Positions 58,936-64,000 of a stretch of DNA of 64,000 nucleotides are shown here, piece after piece; the first letter of the stretch is position 1; each line of letters starts with the position of its first letter. Under the pieces are notes generated by a model. It was not told the origin of the DNA. It made no database searches and saw only the letters and a program-made list of their open reading frames with translations. Both the position numbers and the translations under genes were made by a program. Source of the stretch: an uncultured Clostridia bacterium (lineage in GTDB: Bacteria; Bacillota; Clostridia; Christensenellales; UBA1242); NCBI GenBank assembly GCA_944341445.1, contig CALVLZ010000003.1, positions 4,963-68,962 of the forward strand, written 5' to 3'.

Positions 58936-59769
58936 TTATTCTTCAATTAAATATGCCAAACCAAATGCTCCAATTCCAACATGGCTGCCAACAACAGGAC
59001 CAATTTTGCTGGTTTTTATTGTTTCAACACCAAAGAATTCTTTAACTTTCTTCATAAACTTTTCCAATAGTTCGCTTTCATGAACATAGCAAACATACAA
59101 ATTTTTAATTTTTTTACCAGCAATTTCCAATTGTTCTTGCATTGTTTTGCCAAGGCCTAAACATTTTTTAACACATTTTAAAACGCCGTTTCTAAAATAC
59201 AATATTGGTTTTATGTTTAAAAGTGTTGCAAATGTTGCACTAAGCAAGCCAATTCTTCCACCACGTTTTAAATATTCCATAGTTATTGGTGCAAACTGAA
59301 TAACTGCATTTTTTCTAACTTCTTCTGCTCTTTTTAAAACTTCTTCCATACTAGCATTGTTATTAATTAATTTTAAAAGTTCTTGCACCAAAATTAAAAT
59401 ACTAGCAGAACAACCACCGCTATCAAAAACTTGAACTTTATCACTGCCAACACTTTCAGCGCCCAATCTTGCAGCATTGTATGTTCCACTAAGTGATGAG
59501 CTTAAAGTGATAATTAGCACTTCATTATTTTCATCTTTTTGCAAAATTTCATTAATGGCATCTGCATATTCTTCTGGGCTTGGTTGAGAAGTTTTAGGAA
59601 AATCTTTTGAAACTTTAACTTGTTCATAAAAATCATCCCAATCTTTTTCAAAACCCTCTTTTTTTGTAATACCATCCAAAGTGGTTTTTAAACTAACAAT
59701 TTTTATATCATTTTCTTTTGCAAAATCTTCTGTTATTCCACAAGAAGAATCACAAATTAATTTAATCAT
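58936..59769 (-). CDS. DegV family fatty-acid-binding protein
   Basis: MIKLICDSSCGIT..., a ~280-aa DegV-type layout. The ATG at 59769 is preferred (RBS gaggtg); the ORF extends to 59796. Confidence 0.85.
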   Translation of the reverse strand: MIKLICDSSCGITEDFAKENDIKIVSLKTTLDGITKKEGFEKDWDDFYEQVKVSKDFPKTSQPSPEEYADAINEILQKDENNEVLIITLSSSLSGTYNAARLGAESVGSDKVQVFDSGGCSASILILVQELLKLINNNASMEEVLKRAEEVRKNAVIQFAPITMEYLKRGGRIGLLSATFATLLNIKPILYFRNGVLKCVKKCLGLGKTMQEQLEIAGKKIKNLYVCYVHESELLEKFMKKVKEFFGVETIKTSKIGPVVGSHVGIGAFGLAYLIEE

Positions 59770-60033
59770 AAACACCTCATTAAATAAGTTATACAACTAC
59801 CTATATTATAATATATTAATATAACTTTAACTATCATATAATAACAAATAATTAAAATTTTAACAAATAAAATTAAATATAGATTTTTTTAATAAAATTT
59901 ATAACAGTTTTTTATTTTTTAATTTTTTATTAAAAATTTGCAAATTAGACAAATATAAATTAAAACATTGCTTTTAAATTTTACAAAAGATTGTTTATAT
60001 AATATAATATGCTTGTTTTATGGTGGTTTATAT

Positions 60034-61167
60034 ATGGAAATTTTTTTAAACATTCTTTTTTTAGCACTTGGCATGGTTTTTTTAATTAAAGGAGCAGACT
60101 TATTTGTTAATGGTGCAAGTGGTATAGCAAAAAAATTAAAAGTTTCCCCTTTTGTTATTGGTGCAACCATAGTTGCAATTGGAACAAGCCTGCCTGAACT
60201 TACTGTTAGTGTAGTATCTGCAATTCACGGAAGCACAGATATGGCGCTTGGAAATGTTGTTGGCTCAAATATGTTTAATATGCTTATGGCATTAGGTATT
60301 ACTGCATTAATTTGTCCCGTATTAATAAAAGATAATGTGAAAAAAATTGATGCTCCTGTGTTAATTATTATTACTGCATGTTTACTTATATTTTCTTATG
60401 ACAGATTTTTAAATGGTTATGATTCCAATTTTATTTCAAGAACAGAAAGTTTAATTCTTTTAGGAATTGTTGGCTTTTATCTTTATATAAACATAAAAAA
60501 TGCAAGAAAAATGAAAGCTCAAGATGATGTTGTGAAAAACATTGAAAAACTTCATAAACAACAGGAAAAAGCAATTAAACAAAGTTTAGAAGATGGAGAA
60601 ATTAACACAGTTAACCAACAAAAAATAGATGCTTTGGTTGAAAAAACCGTTCAAGCCGAAGAAAATGCAATACTAATTAGTTCAAACACACAAACAAATA
60701 AACGAACTAAAATCACAAACAAAACGTGGTTTTTAATAGTTAACTTGTTAATTGGACTAGCCGGTGTTGTTTTTGGTGGAGAGTGCGTTAGTTCCACAGC
60801 AAAGTTTTTAGCATTAAAAATTGGTATGAGTGAAATGCTTGTTGGAGTAACAATTGTTGCAATTGGAACAAGTCTTCCAGAACTTATTGTTAGCATAGTT
60901 TCTGCAAAAAGTGGAAACACAGATATTGCACTTGGCAACGTTATTGGTTCAAACATTGTTAATATTGGATTAGTGCTTGCCTTAAGCGGAATATTTAAAT
61001 TTATTCCTTTAACAACTGCAGGATTAATAGATTTAATAATATTGTTTGTTTCAACATTTATACTATGTGCATTTATTTGGTGGAGCAAAAAAATAGGCAG
61101 ATTGAATGGCACAATTTTAACATTATTATATATCGCCTATATGGTTTATTCTTGTGTTAGAAACTAA
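60034..61167 (+). CDS. CaCA-family cation/Ca2+ exchanger (YrbG-like)
   Basis: Two alpha-repeat signatures, GTSLPELTVSVVSA and GTSLPELIVSIVSA, each followed by GNV(V/I)GSN. The ATG at 60034 is preferred over the TTG at 59968. It has a ~80-aa charged central loop. Confidence 0.85.
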   Translation: MEIFLNILFLALGMVFLIKGADLFVNGASGIAKKLKVSPFVIGATIVAIGTSLPELTVSVVSAIHGSTDMALGNVVGSNMFNMLMALGITALICPVLIKDNVKKIDAPVLIIITACLLIFSYDRFLNGYDSNFISRTESLILLGIVGFYLYINIKNARKMKAQDDVVKNIEKLHKQQEKAIKQSLEDGEINTVNQQKIDALVEKTVQAEENAILISSNTQTNKRTKITNKTWFLIVNLLIGLAGVVFGGECVSSTAKFLALKIGMSEMLVGVTIVAIGTSLPELIVSIVSAKSGNTDIALGNVIGSNIVNIGLVLALSGIFKFIPLTTAGLIDLIILFVSTFILCAFIWWSKKIGRLNGTILTLLYIAYMVYSCVRN

Positions 61168-61265
61168 TTAATATATTAAATAAAACATATCACTAAAAAA
61201 TGAAATTATAATTGCCACAACGCGTTTATGTAAAATTGTTATATCAAATTTTATAAGTTTAAAAC

Positions 61266-61297
61266 AAAAAAAAGACTGTGATTAACAGTCTTTTTTT
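61266..61297. terminator. Bidirectional terminator between the convergent exchanger and transporter genes
   Basis: Stem aaagactgt/acagtcttt with a 5-nt loop, flanked by A- and T-runs. Confidence 0.6.
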
Positions 61298-61318
61298 ATT
61301 ACAATAAGCACTTAAAAA

Positions 61319-62641
61319 CTATTTTTTATTTTTTTCTTGTTCTTTTGCTGGATTTAAAACGTTTGCTGATTCTGCAATTAACTTTTTATTTTTTCTAGAA
61401 AAACTTCTTTTTAATTTTTCAAACAAATTGCTTTGTTGCTTAATGCTTCCGTTTTCCAAATATTCAACAAGCATTTTTCGTGTTCTTTCCTCATTTATTG
61501 GAATAACTATACCAGAAAGTAAGTTACACACACCACACACAAAGAACCCTGGAACAACAGTTCCAAAACAACAAGCAATAAACACCATAAAATAACCTAA
61601 ACTGCTACCTTCATTTCTTACAAACATCGCCCTGTTACTAATTCCTAAAATTCTTGTTTTGGCTAAAACTCTGTTCAACAAATAAGAACTATATGTTGCC
61701 ATTGAAAATCCAACAACAAACATAAGAACAAATAGTAGTGGAATATTTGAAATAAATGGCATTGCAATTAACACAACTCCGCTTAATGCCATAATAGCGG
61801 AAGTGAAAACTGTTAAATCGTGTTTATCTTCAAATTTTGCTGATATTATTCCGCCAACAGCAATAGCTATATTTAACATTGCACTAAAATATCCGTTTAG
61901 TTGAAATTGCCCTGTTTTAATATACATATTTAGGTTAAATACATTTAAGAAGACGTCTGTTGTGCAACAAATAAAATATGTAAAAGCATAACTATATAAC
62001 ATTTTTTTGGAAACTAATTTTCCGGCTTTGTTTCTAACTTCATTTTCTTTATATTTTATCATTGCATTTGAAGTTGTTTCTTTGTTTAAGTTTGAATTTT
62101 TTCTTGCATTAATATAATAAATAATTAGCGGAATGCAAGAAATAATATAAATTATAAAAGATATTAAAATAACAAAAACAGTATCTAAATAATCTAAAAA
62201 CAAACCACCAGCAATAACTGCCATTATAACGCCGCCCTTTTCTATCATAAGTGAAATTCCGGCAGCACTACCATTTGTTTTAACACTACTATAATTATAA
62301 GTGAAGTAATTAGGCAAAGTTCCAAAAGAATATGCAAAGGCTGTGAATATTGCAGAGCCAAGAAAACCAACCCAAAAATAGTTTTCCAAAAGCATAACAA
62401 ACAAACTTATTAAGCAAATTGGAATTATTCTTAATATTAAAAATATTTGAGGTTTGTTTTCCATAACTTTTCTAAGTATTGTGTCAATAATTATAGACAA
62501 GCCATATCTAACAAACAAAAACAAAATTCCATAAAATAAATTGCCTGTTAACTGATACACAATTAAAGGCACAAAAGAACCTATCATTTCATATGATAGA
62601 TTCGCTAAAAACTTGTGTGTGTTTAATAACTTTAATTGCAT
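61319..62641 (-). CDS. MFS-like polytopic transporter (440 aa from Met12), paralogue of 39553-40755
   Basis: The ATG at 62641 is preceded by ggag 6 nt upstream, and it aligns with the start of the paralogue. The ORF extends to 62674. Confidence 0.5.
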   Translation of the reverse strand: MQLKLLNTHKFLANLSYEMIGSFVPLIVYQLTGNLFYGILFLFVRYGLSIIIDTILRKVMENKPQIFLILRIIPICLISLFVMLLENYFWVGFLGSAIFTAFAYSFGTLPNYFTYNYSSVKTNGSAAGISLMIEKGGVIMAVIAGGLFLDYLDTVFVILISFIIYIISCIPLIIYYINARKNSNLNKETTSNAMIKYKENEVRNKAGKLVSKKMLYSYAFTYFICCTTDVFLNVFNLNMYIKTGQFQLNGYFSAMLNIAIAVGGIISAKFEDKHDLTVFTSAIMALSGVVLIAMPFISNIPLLFVLMFVVGFSMATYSSYLLNRVLAKTRILGISNRAMFVRNEGSSLGYFMVFIACCFGTVVPGFFVCGVCNLLSGIVIPINEERTRKMLVEYLENGSIKQQSNLFEKLKRSFSRKNKKLIAESANVLNPAKEQEKNKK

Positions 62642-62756
62642 ATTTTCTCCATAATTCAAGCATAAGTTTACCAAACAATTTTAAAAACAACAAACAAAAT
62701 AAACAATTTATATTTTATTGTTTATTTTTGTTAATTAATATTATTTTTTAAAATAA

Positions 62757-62864
62757 ACAAAAAAACAGAAAAGACGCAGGGAGAGCGTCTTTTCTGTTAC
62801 CTTATATATGTGCATATAGGTAGAATGAAAAATGGAAAAACATTTTAATGTATCATTAAAATGT
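62757..62864 (-). ncRNA. Candidate ~108-nt small RNA or terminator-containing leader (three hairpins)
   Basis: A consensus promoter lies directly upstream. Hairpin 1 at 62864-62840 (11-bp stem), hairpin 2 at 62820-62800, and a terminator hairpin with a 13-bp perfect stem (62797-62785/62777-62765), loop UCUCCCU and a U-run. Confidence 0.4.
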
Positions 62865-62870
62865 ACTTAT

Positions 62871-62899
62871 ATTATAAATTTAAAATATTCAAATGTCAA
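62871..62899 (-). promoter_or_regulatory. Consensus sigma-A promoter driving the sRNA/leader candidate
   Basis: Minus strand reads TTGACA (62899-62894), exactly 17 nt, TATAAT (62876-62871). Confidence 0.55.
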
Positions 62900-62982
62900 T
62901 ACCCAATTTTTAAAAATTTTACCATTTTTTACTAAAAAACAGCCGTTTTTGGTTGTTTTTAACACAAAAAATGCAAAAAATT

Positions 62983-63009
62983 AAAAAAATAAAATGCCAA
63001 ACGGCATTT
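62983..63009 (-). terminator. Terminator after pheT
   Basis: Stem aaatgcc/ggcattt with loop aaac, followed on the minus strand by a T-run, 3 nt after the pheT stop. Confidence 0.6.
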
Positions 63010-63011
63010 TA

Positions 63012-64000
63012 TTACATATCTTTTAATTTAATATTGTTATTTTCAAAGTTTTTAATAACAGTTTTGTGAAATTCTGCTATCTCTTCCCCTGTCATTGTGT
63101 GGTCGTTTGCCCAAATGTTATATCTTAAAGTATAACTTTTTTCATTTTTGTTTTTATCTTCAAAAATATCAATTAAATTTAACTTATAATTCAAATTTGT
63201 GTTAATGTTGTTTGCAATGCTTTCAATGTTGCAATATAACATATCATCTTTTAATGCAAAACTAAAGTCTAATGTTGTGTTTTGATATTTAGAAACTTTT
63301 TCAAACTTAGTTTCATTTTTAACAGAAATAATTAATTTGTCAAAATCTAATTCAGCCATAACAACATTTAGTTTTTTATCTAAATTGTTTTTAACTCTTG
63401 GGTGCAACATTCCAATTTGGCCAATCAAATTGCCATTGTTTAAAATTTCATAGTGGTTAACAGGGTGAAACAATTCATTTTGTTTTGTTGTTGGAATAAC
63501 TTCAAAATTAGTTTTAATAACTTCTTCACAAACAAAATAGCAGGCATCTTTTAATTCTTTTAACAATTCTTCAGTTGTTTTAGTTTTACTTGCTAAAACA
63601 ATTGCTAAATTTTTGTTTTCATCTGCCAAATTTGTTTGTTTGTTAATTCCCAACACAACTCTGCCAATTTCAAACAAAGAAACTTGTGAATAATTATTTT
63701 TATTTAACAACACAAAACTTAACAAGTTTGGAAGCATTGTGCTTCTAATTTCACTTGAATCTTTTTCAATTGAATTTTTAACTCTGATGTGACTAACAGG
63801 GTTAATACCTAATTTTTGATTAGTTGCATCATCATACCAAATTCTAGAATGAACTTCGTGATAGTTAAATTTGCTTGCTAACATATATTTAACATCATAT
63901 TCAAACTTAACTGTATCTTGCAATTTAACAGGTTCAACAGGTTGCAAAGGACTTTTTGGTTCAATATTATCATAACCATAAACACGAGTTACTTCTTCAA
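63012..64000 (-). CDS. pheT: Phenylalanyl-tRNA synthetase beta subunit, C-terminal part (gene continues beyond the window)
   Basis: Frame is open to the window edge. Contains a class-II-like core region (SEIRSTMLPNLL, FEIGRV) and a terminal FDX-ACB domain (EKSYTLRYNIWANDHTMTGEEI). Confidence 0.85.
   Translation of the reverse strand, partial: EEVTRVYGYDNIEPKSPLQPVEPVKLQDTVKFEYDVKYMLASKFNYHEVHSRIWYDDATNQKLGINPVSHIRVKNSIEKDSSEIRSTMLPNLLSFVLLNKNNYSQVSLFEIGRVVLGINKQTNLADENKNLAIVLASKTKTTEELLKELKDACYFVCEEVIKTNFEVIPTTKQNELFHPVNHYEILNNGNLIGQIGMLHPRVKNNLDKKLNVVMAELDFDKLIISVKNETKFEKVSKYQNTTLDFSFALKDDMLYCNIESIANNINTNLNYKLNLIDIFEDKNKNEKSYTLRYNIWANDHTMTGEEIAEFHKTVIKNFENNNIKLKDM

Overview
Strongly AT-rich chromosomal segment of Firmicutes type from a probable spore-former (it carries a gerA-type germinant receptor operon). 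It reads cleanly with the standard bacterial code. Most of the window is housekeeping: tyrS (3' end), rpsF-ssb-rpsR, an ABC transporter, gyrB-gyrA, mnmE and mnmG, an OYE-family flavin reductase, tRNA-Arg(CCT), leuS, glnS-alaS, dnaB, a DegV protein, a CaCA cation exchanger and pheT (3' end). These are interspersed with lineage-specific membrane and hypothetical proteins. The stand-out feature is a ~15.7-kb minus-strand locus (9295-24965). It encodes a 2710-aa lipoprotein adhesin with an FN3-like module array and a GLUG-type C-terminus. That gene is translationally coupled to a SipW-type (ER/archaeal-type) signal peptidase. Downstream are four secreted TasA/camelysin-like paralogues with SipW-type signal peptides, two related proteins that instead have long K/N-rich tails plus a TM anchor, and a membrane-anchored FN3 + transglutaminase-core protein. 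A fifth secreted paralogue with a consensus promoter sits alone at 57223-58026. This looks like an elaborate multi-subunit surface-fibre/adhesion system, well beyond the tapA-sipW-tasA paradigm; novelty cannot be verified without database searches. Secondary observations: a promoter-to-terminator ~108-nt sRNA or leader candidate (62757-62864), an unusually short AlaRS (610 aa), a 0.9-kb non-coding region with repeats upstream of gyrB, a decayed frameshifted gene (549-1480), and operator-like palindromes. I saw no CRISPR array, transposase/integrase or recognisable defence system.
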